In this document: piece by piece, positions 1 to 12,734 of the stretch
Layout: each line of letters opens with the position of its first letter
How positions within the stretch are numbered: the stretch's first letter is position 1
Position numbers and translations under genes: made by a program
NCBI GenBank assembly: GCA_046563655.1
Contig: CM102289.1
Span: 1,984,001 to 2,048,000 of the forward strand
DNA: 64,000 nucleotides
Direction: 5' to 3'
Source of the DNA: Yuukianura sp. NJ FZ-2021
Lineage: Eukaryota
The notes under the pieces: model-generated
The model's database searches: none
Seen by the model: only the letters and a program-made list of their open reading frames with translations
What the model was told of the DNA's origin: nothing

Positions 1-71
1 AAAACTCCGGTAAGAGCTCCAAAACGAGCAAGCGTTTGAATTACAACAAATTCGGATACTGTAACAGCCAT
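1..71 (-). CDS. Gustatory receptor, 5' end only (runs off window start)
   Basis: Reverse strand from ATG at 71 reads MAVTVSEFVVIQTLARFGALTGV, matching the N-terminus of the GR at 7842 (MVTKVSEFAVIQTLARLGAITGA). Confidence 0.8.
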   Translation of the reverse strand, partial: MAVTVSEFVVIQTLARFGALTGV

Positions 72-1038
72 ATTTGCACTATGTGTTTTGCAGTTTCCTG
101 GTTATGAAATTGGTGAAAATTTTTTCACTTTCTGAACTACTACTCTGATAAAACAAGTACATTCAAAATAAAGAACCAAGATTCCAGTGGACCGTGCACC
201 TTCTGCTTACGAAGTGAAATTTCTTTTCGCATTGCACTACTAGTAATTATCACTGAAAATGTTTCACTCAAATCGAAAGATTAATAAATCAAGAACCGCT
301 GTATTGACGATGATGTTCTTTTGATGTAATGAAAAGACGAACAAGAGCAAAACTGAAGAGCAAGAAAAACATTCAAACAATTTCGAATTTCTCGATCCAA
401 TTTCAATTTTTCATTTGTTTGCCACTCAATTTTGGCTACAAAATTATTTTACCAAAGCATCTCGAAACAAAAGTTTGAAAAGACTTATGAAATTGTGAAG
501 ACCCCACTTTTTTATCTATACTGTTTAACTTTCTTTGTTCGAAAACCATTTGGAGAAGTGAACTTCGTGGGAAAGTGGGAAAGCGGAGTGAATTTGAAAT
601 TACCTTCCATTGTTTTCAGAAACGTTTGCTTGTTTACTAATACGTTCTTTGTGTAATTTCTGAACATCTAATAACTTATTTAAAGTAATGTAAACTTAAA
701 CTTTTAAATCTACTAACTCAATTTATCAAATATTGGATCGGATGTGTACCAAGAAAAAATCGTATGCTGATTACTAACGAGCTTTACTTGACAAAACTTT
801 TAAAATTACAAACAAATATGTGTCTTTTGTTCTATTCTAACAATCAGAACAATTTATCCGTAGACATTCTATGACGCATATTCTCATAATTGGCTAAAAT
901 GTAAAACTTGCATTTTCCTAAAATCTTAAACTAAACTAAACTGCTAAACGAGTTTTCCTTTAACTTACGCCATTTGGCAATACAGCGAAATTCAAATATT
1001 GAAAAGTAAGAGTTCAATTCGTGTTTGCCTTTTTGACG

Positions 1039-2443
1039 TTAAGTGTTAAATTGGTAGAGGACGACGTTGTAAGTTATAACTGCACTCAGAATCTAAAAAA
1101 AAGTCACAGTTTAGGCATTTTATCGCACAATTTAGTGCTTTAGTTTTCTGTAAGTCGCTTACAGAAGTTACCAACGATCTCCGAATTTCAAAAAATTCAA
1201 GTGCTGTCAATTGAAACGAAGAGTTTGCTACAAGGTTGTTCAAATAGCACAATCCCTCAGAATCCAAAACCAGCGTCGTCGGTATTGTTGCAATTCTCCG
1301 CACAAGGATATTTCTCTAAAAAATACAGCAAAATTTCAAAAACGAGAGAAATTAAATCCTCGGAAGAGGAGCACTTTTTTAGAAATTTCGAACAAGTCAA
1401 AAAATGGAATCCGCTTCAGTACTTACCCTTGTTGAAATGCGTTGCCCGGAGCTAGCAATCCAATAAATTTTGAGAAATAGCATTGCAAAACTCAACGTGT
1501 CTATTGCATACAGGAGCGGAAAAAGATGCCCTCCTGTTGTGAACGTACTGACGACAAGAAAAGAGGAAATAAGAAAAGTGAATGTGATGAAACCTAGTTG
1601 GACACTTAGAAATATTTGAACAGCATCAACGAATTTTTCAAAAATATCTCCCAACCAAAGTATTTCAGCTGCAGCGGCGTTAAAACTAAAACTGGACCAA
1701 ACATTTCTTCCGCACCACGTTCGGTCCCCCAAAGTATTTGAAATTAAACGTACAGTTCCTTCTGGAAATAGATATTTCTCAACACTTAGTAGACGACGCT
1801 CTACTATCGAAGTTACCAAGGTTACCAGAGCGACCAGGAAAAGTTCAGTAAATCCAGTAAAAACAAAGCTAACTATGTACATGTATGAAAAATATTGAAA
1901 ACATAGTTCTTGAAATATTGAAGAAACGGTTTCAGAAATGATGATTCTGCGCACACTATAAAATATCAAAATTGCATAGCGAAAAAGAAACAGCAAAATA
2001 GGAGCAACGAGGTGTACAATTTGTTTCCACTTGTATCTACATTCAAATGTGCTGTTTTGAACGTAATACTCTATTGTGTTGAACAGTTTCAAAATTCGTG
2101 GTAGAGTATATAAGTACGTGTAGTATACCGATAAACTACAAGTATAATTAAGGTATAGAAATAACTGTGTGATTTTTGTGTAAAGCATAGTATACACATT
2201 GACTGATGATATATGATCAGCGATCGCTTTGTTCATCATTTGAATAAAAAGAAACATAAATGGAATTAAAATGGTGTTAAAAAGGAAAAAAGATATTGCG
2301 CAAATTCCGGAAGGACTTTTCCAGCGGAAGCGAAATTTTGAGCTGTGAAAATTTGATACTGGGAATATTCCAGAAAAACAACCAAAGCGAGCCAAGGCGC
2401 GAATAAGTGATATTTCTGAAACTGAAATTTCAAAATCCACCAT
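1039..2443 (-). CDS. Gustatory receptor (7TM chemoreceptor), 3 exons: 2443-1427, 1315-1163, 1092-1039
   Basis: Long hydrophobic exon 1; GT-AG phase-0 introns give ...FQLTALEFFEIRRSLVTS|ILSAVITYNVVLYQFNT*, containing the GR TM7 signature TYxxxxxQF. Confidence 0.9.
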
Positions 2444-3117
2444 TTTGTTAAACGAACTTTTTAAAACAAAATTTTAATTCGAAGTAGTCAAAATATTGTT
2501 TGGGTTATTGTGAAGTTTGTTCAGAAAGTTAAAAATTTTGCTTCAAATTGAAAAAAAAAATTCGAAAATACTTGAATTTGCGAGAGAATGGCAAATTGGC
2601 AAATTGGAATATAGCTGGTTTCTTTTTATGGGGAAAATTTATATTTTCACTTTCACATTTAAAACACAATTTTCTATTGCACTTCAAAAGCACTAAAATT
2701 AAAAAACAAGAAAGTTCCCTATTATTTTCACAAAACGCGTGTCCCGGAGCAGCCTTTAACAAATAAAGGTGTGACCGGGTTTTTGATGTGAACAATTCAC
2801 ACCATTAATTTGAAAAATTGATTGACATGTTTTTTGCTAATAAAAACTAGGAAATTATCAATTTGATATGACATTTTATCTAAGTCTTATTTGCCAATAT
2901 TTTACCACATTCAAAAAATATTTTGAGAACATTATCTGATTTAATTAGTTCATAGTAACTTTCTATATAGATAGATAACTTTTAGCCGTGGTTAGCGAAA
3001 TATCACCAATAGGAATCCGTAATTAAGTAAATAAGTCAAGTGAAGTTTTTAGGTGTTGGATTGATCAGTTTTTGTTTTATAAATCGACGGAACGACTTTT
3101 GCTATTCAATATTTTTG

Positions 3118-5562
3118 TTAAATCCGAATTTTAACTTTTAGGTAGCATGCTATTGACAGAAAAATGTTTGAAACGAAAGCAAGAATTTCCGTTTTAGTAC
3201 TTAGGATTGCTAATCCCCAACTTTTTGCTGTTGTTTTAACAATACAATCTGCATGCTCCATAAATTCTTTCACATACATATACACAAAATGGTTTACCTC
3301 GTAAAGAAATATTATAATACACAAAGATATTCCTGAGAAAAATAGATAGAAAGATGTAATAATATTACCACTTAAATTTAATTTAGAAGGCAAAGCCAAC
3401 AGCCTTTTAGTTTTTACATTCTCTTTCATAATCTTATCCCGAGCAGTTGGATTACGCACTGGTTGCCATTTCTCCCAAAGCTGCAAAATCCCTCCAGCCA
3501 AAAGTTTTTGTATTTTTTTATATACATATTCCATGTCAATGCTGTAGCCTCGCCACATTTCAACTATTTTCTCATTTCCCTTCCGGAAATTAAGCGTACT
3601 GGGAACAATAATTGGGGCGTTGGATTTTGTGTTACGAATATTTTCATAGTTGGCTAAAAACAAATCCAAGTTTGACTCCAGACCCATCAAGGCCACTTTT
3701 GTACAAGGGGAAAGCATTTGGGCTAATTTCGTAACAACAAATTTTATATCTGAGTTGGAAATCAAATTTTGAACAAATGTAGCAATATGTCCTAGCACGA
3801 ACTTGCTTGGTAGAATAGTAGGTACAACAAGACCGTTCATTTCTATTTTGTCTAAAGTACCTGTTTTGGTCATGGTCTTATAGCTGTCACAGAGCATTCC
3901 TCCCAATACTAAATCGTAGTTTATCATGATATAGACCTCATACTTACTTCTGCATGTTGCACGGTTTGTTTTACTGAGCTGGATCATTTGTTGAAGTGCC
4001 TGGTTGTCTACTGCTTCAACCTGAACAAATTGCTTATAGGTATAATCAATTGGGAGACAATCGCAAACGATTTGGGTTTCAAGGTCCGTAGAATTGATTA
4101 AAACTTCAGAGTAGTTGAACATTTTGTAATAGTTAATAAAATAGCGTTGATATGCATCCGAATCTTGAAGTATAACAAAACCTTCCAACTGTTTAGCTGT
4201 AAAGTATGTTTGACTAATGGGTAGCTGAGACGTTAGAAATGAAACGACAACGCCTTTGTAACCATTTGTCAAAACAACAAACATCAGAGCCCACAAACTA
4301 ATCACCACCTTTGCATTGGTTCTTCCATTTTGTTCTAGTGAAAAATTTTGAGAAACGTCAAGTAAGATGAGGGAAGTCACAGAAAAAAAGTTCATCCAGC
4401 AGAGAAGAAATTTCTTTACCGTCGTATTATTGGGGGATCTGATGTAGAATGCAGTACAAGTCAAAGCTACTAAACCACATCCGATAATTACACTAAACCA
4501 AGAATACTTGTCGTATGGTGCAGCATAAAATTCAAACGTTACTGCTTCACTGATACCATCACATGTTAGAAAATTTACAATATCCGATCCCATTACTACC
4601 ACAAACCTACCATTTGCGAAATTGAGTATTTTGTCTCCAAAAATGTAATACTTCAAGCGCATTTCCGGATTTGGTCCAAAATTTTTTATCCTGTCAGCAT
4701 TGTCCGGAGGAACAAACATTTCAACGTTTTCGTGGACAAGAAGTTGGAAATAGTCAAGCAGTGTTAAGTTTTTCCCAATGTGTAACATCTTGAACGGATT
4801 CAAAGCCCCCTTGTTTCCATCTAATTTGACATACTTTTCTGTCTGACTTAAATAGTATGTCGTTTCTGCTTTTTTTAGTACTTGTTCCATCATTTGCATC
4901 ACAGAGCTAGACAACGGCATTTTGGTGAAATTTGGTTCAATAGTACGAGACTCGTACTGGAATAACACAGTGTCAATTACTGTTGTGCTGCGATGAGTTT
5001 CATTAAAGTTCATCAGTACAACTGGGAAAAAAAGAACAGGACTCCTCGGAAAATATAAACCGTCCTCAAAATAGTATAATTGCGACATCGGTTTAATGTC
5101 TATTACAAGAATAATAACATTTAGTGTAAACATTAAACAATAGTGAACATCTTTCACTGTTTTGAAACATACGTCTGGATTTACTTTATCTTGTCTCACC
5201 ATCTCATCAAACAAAAGCGTTGGAAAGAGGCTAAATACCGTAAAGTATCGAAGCTTATTTGCTCGTTTCTCCATTTCGCCTAAGTGTACAGTTAGCAAAC
5301 CAAACAACACAGTTCCCATGGATGAAGCGCAATATACACTATGTTTTGTTGTTAGGTAGTACAGTTTAACTGGTGCTTTAAACCCTTGAGTGATTTCTGG
5401 GTGTCTGTAACCTGGTAGTACTATCAAATTATCACTATTTGGAAACTGATCTATAAGGAGATTCAGATTTGTCACTTGAATTGATTCAGGGGTTAATTTT
5501 GAATTGACAACGACAAGTTGTTGAAAAATTACAAGAAAAACAATTCCAAAATTTTTCTCCAT
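3118..5562 (-). CDS. Divergent ionotropic receptor (IR/iGluR-like), intronless, 814 aa
   Basis: Signal peptide; pre-M1 motif APYDKYSW; M3-like LWALMFVVLTNGYKGVVVSFLT; C-terminal TM LNLSGNIITSFYLFFSGISLCIIIFLYE. Confidence 0.8.
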   Translation of the reverse strand: MEKNFGIVFLVIFQQLVVVNSKLTPESIQVTNLNLLIDQFPNSDNLIVLPGYRHPEITQGFKAPVKLYYLTTKHSVYCASSMGTVLFGLLTVHLGEMEKRANKLRYFTVFSLFPTLLFDEMVRQDKVNPDVCFKTVKDVHYCLMFTLNVIILVIDIKPMSQLYYFEDGLYFPRSPVLFFPVVLMNFNETHRSTTVIDTVLFQYESRTIEPNFTKMPLSSSVMQMMEQVLKKAETTYYLSQTEKYVKLDGNKGALNPFKMLHIGKNLTLLDYFQLLVHENVEMFVPPDNADRIKNFGPNPEMRLKYYIFGDKILNFANGRFVVVMGSDIVNFLTCDGISEAVTFEFYAAPYDKYSWFSVIIGCGLVALTCTAFYIRSPNNTTVKKFLLCWMNFFSVTSLILLDVSQNFSLEQNGRTNAKVVISLWALMFVVLTNGYKGVVVSFLTSQLPISQTYFTAKQLEGFVILQDSDAYQRYFINYYKMFNYSEVLINSTDLETQIVCDCLPIDYTYKQFVQVEAVDNQALQQMIQLSKTNRATCRSKYEVYIMINYDLVLGGMLCDSYKTMTKTGTLDKIEMNGLVVPTILPSKFVLGHIATFVQNLISNSDIKFVVTKLAQMLSPCTKVALMGLESNLDLFLANYENIRNTKSNAPIIVPSTLNFRKGNEKIVEMWRGYSIDMEYVYKKIQKLLAGGILQLWEKWQPVRNPTARDKIMKENVKTKRLLALPSKLNLSGNIITSFYLFFSGISLCIIIFLYEVNHFVYMYVKEFMEHADCIVKTTAKSWGLAILSTKTEILAFVSNIFLSIACYLKVKIRI

Positions 5563-6411
5563 TGCTACCTCTTATTGCAAAGTACCAAATATGACGGGCA
5601 AAAGTTAAGTATTGTGGCGGAACAACCACGTACCAGCCAATTTAACTCCTTTGTCTAATATTTAAGTCATAATGTTGTGCAAAAATTGTTTTGAAGAAAC
5701 CACATTTCAACTGCTCGGGCCTCAATTAATGTAGTCGCACCTTACGAGCAAATTATAGCCAATTTGTAGCAGAAATAATAGGGGTCGCAATGTGTTCGTG
5801 CTTTTTGGGTAATCAGGAAAAGCTACTTTGTGGATTTACCTTGTCTGTCCGTTGGTGTGTATAAATTGTGATTTTGAGAATCTGTGTGACATTGACCCTG
5901 ATCCAGCATTATGTTTTTTTCAATAAAAAACGAACATGAGAAGTCTTGATTTGGATTTTCATAGCACAGCTACTTACCATTGACATTTTATTACACCACT
6001 GATAGTTGAATTTTTTCTAATCGGTTGGTACTTCGTCTATGATCTTTATCCAACACGCAACACAACTTTATTAAAGCCATTTTATATGCATTTCAAGTTT
6101 TAGTTGGACTGAACTTATTTTCCAGTAAGTTTCACAAAAACTTCTCTTTTTTTTTATAACTATTTCTAAAACTAAAAAATAACTAGAACCTCCAGAAGTC
6201 CTACGTCCAAGCATTCTACTACGTCATCATCGACAGCCAATAACCTCGGTACGTCCACAACACATCAAGGTCATAGTACTTGCATGTCCTATATAATATG
6301 CCATTTTTAGCTTAGATTTCATACTTCAATAGGTCCAAGTCAATTGATCCTGCATACGTCAACAGCTAGCCGATTAGCACACAATCTTTCATTCCTGTCG
6401 AAACCATGCTG

Positions 6412-7842
6412 CTAGGGTGGAGATATTTTGAATTGTAGCAACACAATGCTGTAGGTTATTACAGCACCCATAATCTATAAATACGAATGCAGAATCAAAA
6501 AATAACATTATGAATATGATTGAACAAAATTTTAAAACTTTTATGAGCAACGTTATAAATTACATGAGTTTGTGCGCTTACAGAGGTGAATAGGGATCTC
6601 TTAATTTCAAAAAATCCAAAAGCTGTTAGTTGAAATTTCACGTTAGTTACCAAATTGGACAAATAAAATAATCTATCAATGTCTGAAACCAGCATTGGCG
6701 GAATCGTTGCAATCTTTTCTGCTAGTAAATTTCTCTAAAACAAAACCAAAATTGAAAATATCTTATTTAGTAACGTGTTGTATAAACAATTTTGGTTGAA
6801 AATTCTAAAAAGTTAAAGCATGTATTACCCTAGTTGAAATTCGTTCTCCACAGTCGACTATCCAAGCAATTTTGTACAGCATTATCGCCCATGTAAGGTA
6901 GTGTATAAAGTAAATAAAAAATGTAAATGGAAAGGAATAACTTATCAATGAGTTGAGACTATGGAATGTGTAAATCGTAAAATTGAAAGTGCCTAGGCCA
7001 AGCTGCACGCTTAAAAGCAACTGAATTGAGATAAGGAATTCTTCAAAAACTTTGCGAAGTTGTAGGACATTTACCGCCGTATTTTCAAGATCGAATATCG
7101 GCAGCAAATCTCGTGAGCGCCAAAATTGGTTTTTCAAGTTTGTGCAAATCTTGTCCGTTTCATTTTCTAATGAGAGGGACTTCTCAATGTCAAGTAGTCC
7201 GCGTTCAATTATTGATGTTACCATGGAAACCAACGCTACAAAAAATAACTCTGCGGCTTCAACCAACACAGAAGTGCATACGTAAGCTGCAGTAAAAATT
7301 TCAGCAGAAATCTTCACACCAAAAATTACGCGAATACTTTCGCCAGTGCCTTGAAAATTGAATTTGCGAATAGTGAAACAAAATGTTATTAAAAACCTAA
7401 CAAAAAACACAACACAAGGTGAGAGAGTTTGAAAAAGTTTTTTGACGGTATAACTGCATTGATTTCTGCTGTTTTGAATGTAGTCCCGAAGGCAGCTACA
7501 CAATTTGAATATTTGCGGGATTGAAATAACGTAAGCTGCGTAACAAATGTAATCAGAAGCAAAGCTGAAAAGGACGTACAGCTTAATCACGGTTGCAACA
7601 TAAGGAGTCCCTGGTGGTAGAATTTTAAGCCCGTGAACATGCGCAGACACTACGAATTCAACGGAAACGGAAAACGCAATAACATTAAAACAAAAAATTA
7701 AGATGGCCCAAATCCCCCCAAAACTTGTCCATTTTAGTGGGAACTTTGGATTTTGAAAATTTGAAATTGGTAATGCTCCGGTGATCGCTCCTAGACGTGC
7801 AAGCGTTTGAATCACGGCAAATTCGGATACTTTGGTCACCAT
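6412..7842 (-). CDS. Gustatory receptor, 3 exons
   Basis: Same exon layout as the GR at 1039; C-terminus FQLTAFGFFEIKRSLFTS|IMGAVITYSIVLLQFKISPP*. Confidence 0.9.
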
Positions 7843-8588
7843 ATTTTACAAAATAAAAATTAAATATATGTCTGCGTTTCCAGTTTCTTTTTTTCTCCTC
7901 CAAGAAGAAGCAAATTGAGTCTAGCAGAATATGCTCTTGCTGCCTACAGACTGGAATTTCTATTTGCTTAATGTACTTATGTTGGTATCACTCAACAAAT
8001 TGCACTCAAATCAAAAAATTAATAACTTAGCCATCCCATAATGGCAATGCTCTTTTGAAATGAAATGGAGGAAAAAATGGGAACAATTTAATTTCACATT
8101 TCGACTGATGTTTTTCTTGCTCTTGAGTTTTACTTTTGTTCGACAATCCATTTTGTCAACAAACTTATGCAACCACATCAACCTGTCGCAATAGTTTGAA
8201 AAAACTCGGTAAATTCTTAAGAGCCGACATTTCCTTTCACTGTTTAACTCCCTTTGTTCGGAAAACTACTTTCGAAAACTGAACTTCCAATAAACGTGAA
8301 TGGCATTTGCAATTTACAGACAGTGAACATGCCTATTATTTGTTTAAAAATGTGTGTATATTTGTTATAGTTAAGTTATAAACCTCTTGTTCTCCTTAAA
8401 CCTTGTAACGCACCTACGACCTATTATTTCAAGTTAATATCATATGATGAGGCGGCATGACTTGTTTCCGGTTATTTGAATCAATAATGTTTTGTCCAGA
8501 CAACCTTAAGTTAAGATAACACGATAGGGCTAAATTCTAACGCTAAATATAAAAATTCTTCAATATTTAATATTATTATATTTAATAT

Positions 8589-10016
8589 CTAAGTGCTAAA
8601 TTGGTACAAGACGACGTTGTAAGTTACAACAGCACTCAGAATCTGAAAATCAGTCACAGTGTAAGCATTTCGTGGCAAAGTTTAGTCTTACGGTTGTTTA
8701 AAAGTAGCTTACAGATGTTAGCAACGATTTCCGAATTTTGAAAAATCCAAGGGCGGTTAATTGAAACGAAACATTTGCTACAAGGTTGTTCAAATAGGAC
8801 AGTCCATCGGGATCCAAAACCAGGGTCGCCGGGATTGTTGCAATTCGCTGCACAAGTATATTTTTCTTAAAAAAAGCAAAATTTCAAATACAAAGTTAAT
8901 TATTTTGGCGGGAATACTTCAATAACTTAAAGTATACCTGTGAACTATATATAATATTTGATATACGTTTGATATATTTGACATTTATGATACAATATGT
9001 TAGGCTTTTACCCTAGTTGAGAGATGTTCTCCGCAGCTAGCAATCCAACTCATTTTGATAAATAGTATTCCAAAATTGAACGTATCTATGATGATGTACA
9101 GGACAGGAAAAACGTGCCATGCTTTTTCCAATGTTGTAATGAAATGAAAAGAAGAAGTGAGAAAAGTGAATGAGATAAAACCCAGTTGGATGCTAAAAAA
9201 CATTTGAACGGCGTCAACGAATTTTTCAAAAATTTCTCCCAACCGAATTATTTCAGCTGCAGCGGCATCAAACTTTTTTAACAAAAAATTTCTTCCGCAC
9301 CAGGTTCTGTCCTCCAAAGTTTTAGAAATTAACCGTCCACTTCTTTCTGGAAATAGAGATTGCTCAACACTTAGTAGACGCCGTTCTACTATCGAAGTTA
9401 CCAAGGTTACCAGGGCGACCATGAAAAGTTCAGCAAATTCAAGCAAAGCCAAACTTAGTACGTATATGTATGAAAAATATTGAACAAATAGTTCTTGAAA
9501 TTTCGAAGAAGCTGTTTCAGAAATGACGATTCTGCGCACAATGTAGTACGTCACAATTGAATAGTGAAACACGTATAATAAAATAGGAGCAACGAGCTGT
9601 CCAATTTGTTTCCATGTGTAACTACATTGAAATGTGCTGTGTTGAACGTGATACGCTACTACTTTAAACAGTTTCAAAATTCGTGGGAGAGTATAAGCGT
9701 AAGTATAGTACACCAACATGCTACAAATATTGCTAAGGTATAGAAATAGTTGCGAAAGTTTGACGTAAACATTGGGGTAAACATCGGCTTCGACTATCGC
9801 CTTGTTGAGTACTTCAATAGAAGCAAACATAAATGGAATTAGAATGGTATTAAAAAGAAACAAAGAAATTGTGCAAATTCCTGAAGGACTTCTCCAGCGG
9901 AAGCAAAACTTTGAATTGTTCGGACTTGATATTGGGAATATTCCAATGAAACAACCGAACCGAGCCAATGCCCGAATGAGTGAGATTTCGGAAAATGATA
10001 TTTCAGAATTGGCCAT
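8589..10016 (-). CDS. Gustatory receptor, 3 exons
   Basis: Close paralogue of the GR at 1039; C-terminus QLTALGFFKIRKSLLTS|ILSAVVTYNVVLYQFST*. Confidence 0.9.
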
Positions 10017-10471
10017 TTAACCACACTTTTCAAAAAAGTAGAAACTGAAGTATTCGACGTATTATTTGAGTAGTGTAAATTTTGCTAATTGAAAAAGAAA
10101 GCGAGGAACAACCTTTACCGACTGAAAGTTTGAACAGACAACGTTCTGCTCTGAGGAATTAGTAGAATAAATTTAAAAAAGACGGAAAGGAATTTTGGAT
10201 AAAGAAAAGAAATAAAGTTGTCAATTTGACATGGCTTATTATCAAGGTACTCGTTCCCAATATTTTAGCATGTACATGTTTTTAAGGAATTTAAGCTTCT
10301 TTATTCTTCAAACCACTTACGAAAACTTAATTAAATTTCCTAACAGATTGTTTTTTTACTTTAGTGCTGTATTCCAGGCAATGAATACAAATGGGAAACT
10401 CCCAGTTTTGTGCTTTCAACGTCTTATTAAGTGATGCTAATTTGTTTGAAATGAAGTGCAATAATTTATTG

Positions 10472-11866
10472 TTACGTGTTGAATTGGTACAGGACGACGT
10501 TGTATGTTACAACTGCACTCAGAATCTGAGGAAAAAAAAGATACTAACATTTTATGCATTTCATGTCACTGGTTAGTGCTATAGTTGTATAAAACTAGCT
10601 TACAGAAGTTACCAACGATCTCCGAATTTCAAAAAATTCAAATGCTGTTAATTGAAACGAAACATTTGCTACCAGGTTGTTCAAATAGTGCAGTCCCTCA
10701 GAATCCAAAACCAGCTTCGTCGGAATTGTTGCAATTTTCTGTAGAAGGATGTTTCTCTAAAAAACAGCAAAATTTCAAAAACAAAATAAATTAGGTTGTG
10801 GAGCATTATTTAAAAACGAAGAATTAAAAAAATGATGCTTTAATTTTTTTACCCTTGTCAAGACGCATTGACCGGAGCTGGCAATCCAAAAGATTTTGAA
10901 AAATTGTATTGCAAAATGCAGTGTATCTATTGCATACAGTACAGGGAAAAGACGCCATCCTGTTGAGAACGTACTGATGAGAATGAAAGAGGAAATAAGA
11001 AACATGAATGTGATAAAACCTAGTTGGATACTAAGAAATACTTTAACGGCGTCCGCAAATTTTTCAAAAATTTCTCCCAAGCAAATGATTTCAGCTGCAG
11101 CGGCGTCAAAATCAAACTTAAGCAAAACATTTCTTCTGCACCACGCTCGGTTAACCAAAGTTTTTGAAATTAAACGTCCACTTCTTTCTGGAAATAGAGA
11201 TTGCTCAACACTTTGTAGGCGCCGTTCTACTATCGAAGTTACCAAGGTTACCAGAGCCACAAGAAAAAATTCAGTAAATTCAGTACAAGCATAACTAAGT
11301 AAGTATATGTATGAAAAATATTGAAGAAAAAATTCTTCAAGTTTTGAAGAAGCGGTTCCAGAAAAGCTTATTCTACGTACAAGGTAGTACATCAAAATTG
11401 AATAGTTAAGAAGAAACAGCAAAACAGGCGCAAAGAGCTGTCCAATTTCTTTCCATGTGTAAATACACTGAAATGGGCTGTTTTGAACGTGACACGCTAT
11501 TGTTTTGACTAGATTCAAAATACGTCGGAAAGTATAAAAGTACGTGTAGTACACCAATAAACTAGAAGAATAGGTAAGGTACAGAAATATTTGAGAAATT
11601 TTGATGTAAAGCAAAGTATATGCATTGGCTGATGATAAATCATCAACTATTTCATTGTCTATTATTTGAATAAAAAGAAACTTCAATGGAACTAAAATGG
11701 TGTTAAAAAGAAACAAAAGAATTGCCCAAATACCGGGAACACTTTTCCAGCGGAAGCTAAATTTCGAGTTGTGGTTTGATATTGGAAATATTCCAGTGAA
11801 ACAACCGAATCGAGCCAAGGTGCGAATGAGTGAGATTTCGGAAACTGAGATTCCAAAATTAACCAT
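10472..11866 (-). CDS. Gustatory receptor, 3 exons
   Basis: Close paralogue; C-terminus QLTAFEFFEIRRSLVTS|ILSAVVTYNVVLYQFNT*. Confidence 0.9.
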
Positions 11867-12005
11867 TTTCGAAACGAGAATTTAAAAAAAATATTGGAAC
11901 CCGGAGTAAAATATTGTTTGTATGAAGTTTGTCGAGAAGTTAAAAAATGGACTCTAAATTAAAGAACAGACTAACCAAGGTTCCTTGACAACGGAAAGTT
12001 GTTGC

Positions 12006-12047
12006 TTTGTTTGTTTTTCGTTAACAGGTTAACGAAAAACAAACAAA
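12006..12047. repeat. Perfect 20-bp inverted repeat with 2-nt loop
   Basis: tttgtttgtttttcgttaac-ag-gttaacgaaaaacaaacaaa. Confidence 0.9.
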
Positions 12048-12734
12048 ACTACCAACATAATTTGAATTTATAAGAGGGTGGCGGTTATTTAGCGAAATTA
12101 CAGATGATTGATTTCTTTTTATGGAGTAAAGCATTTTGTTCCACATTTGCATTGCAAACAAATTTCACATTGCACTTAAAATTTTACCCAATTTAGAAAA
12201 TGGTTTTCGGTTGGGAACAATTTATATATTAAATTTGAAAGCAAAAAATTTAGACATTAGACATAAACCTTCTTGGTGTTTTTTTTTAATTTTTTACCCA
12301 ACCTTTTTACCAAAAAAAAATCTTGTTGACACATTTTATAAGTTTGGTTTTCTGCTGACTTTAGTTTATATAATAATAAGCTGTTGTTGCAAGTATGATT
12401 GTTACAACTAAAAAATTCAATTAATAAGGGGTAAAAACAAAATAGTTTTTCCGTGATTCGTTTAACGCTTCAAATAAGAAGGGGAAAACTGAACTTGTTC
12501 AACTCAAATTCAAAGTACTAACAATGGCACGATACCGGCACTCATACCGGCACGATGTTTTAATTAATACAAGATGCTTTCCTATTTTTTAACAGATTTC
12601 ATCAAAAGGTATAAGAAACTAAGCAAATCATCTCCAACTCATTAGTACTCTTCTGGCAAAGATCAACGTTGCTCAAAATTTGGATTCTCTTCATTTTTCT
12701 CATTTTTGTTCTAACTCAATTCAAATCTGCAATA

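Noticed and set aside
6190..6370. Recurring tacgtc motif downstream of a GR
   Set aside because: Too degenerate and irregular to define a repeat unit or element.
8700..8770. Apparent frameshift in exon 2 of the GR at 8589-10016
   Set aside because: Recounting the T-run shows the frame is intact (QLTALGFFKIRKSLLTS).
1039..11866. Alternative splicing of GR first exons onto shared C-terminal exons
   Set aside because: Each complete GR has its own intact exons 2 and 3, so no sharing is needed.
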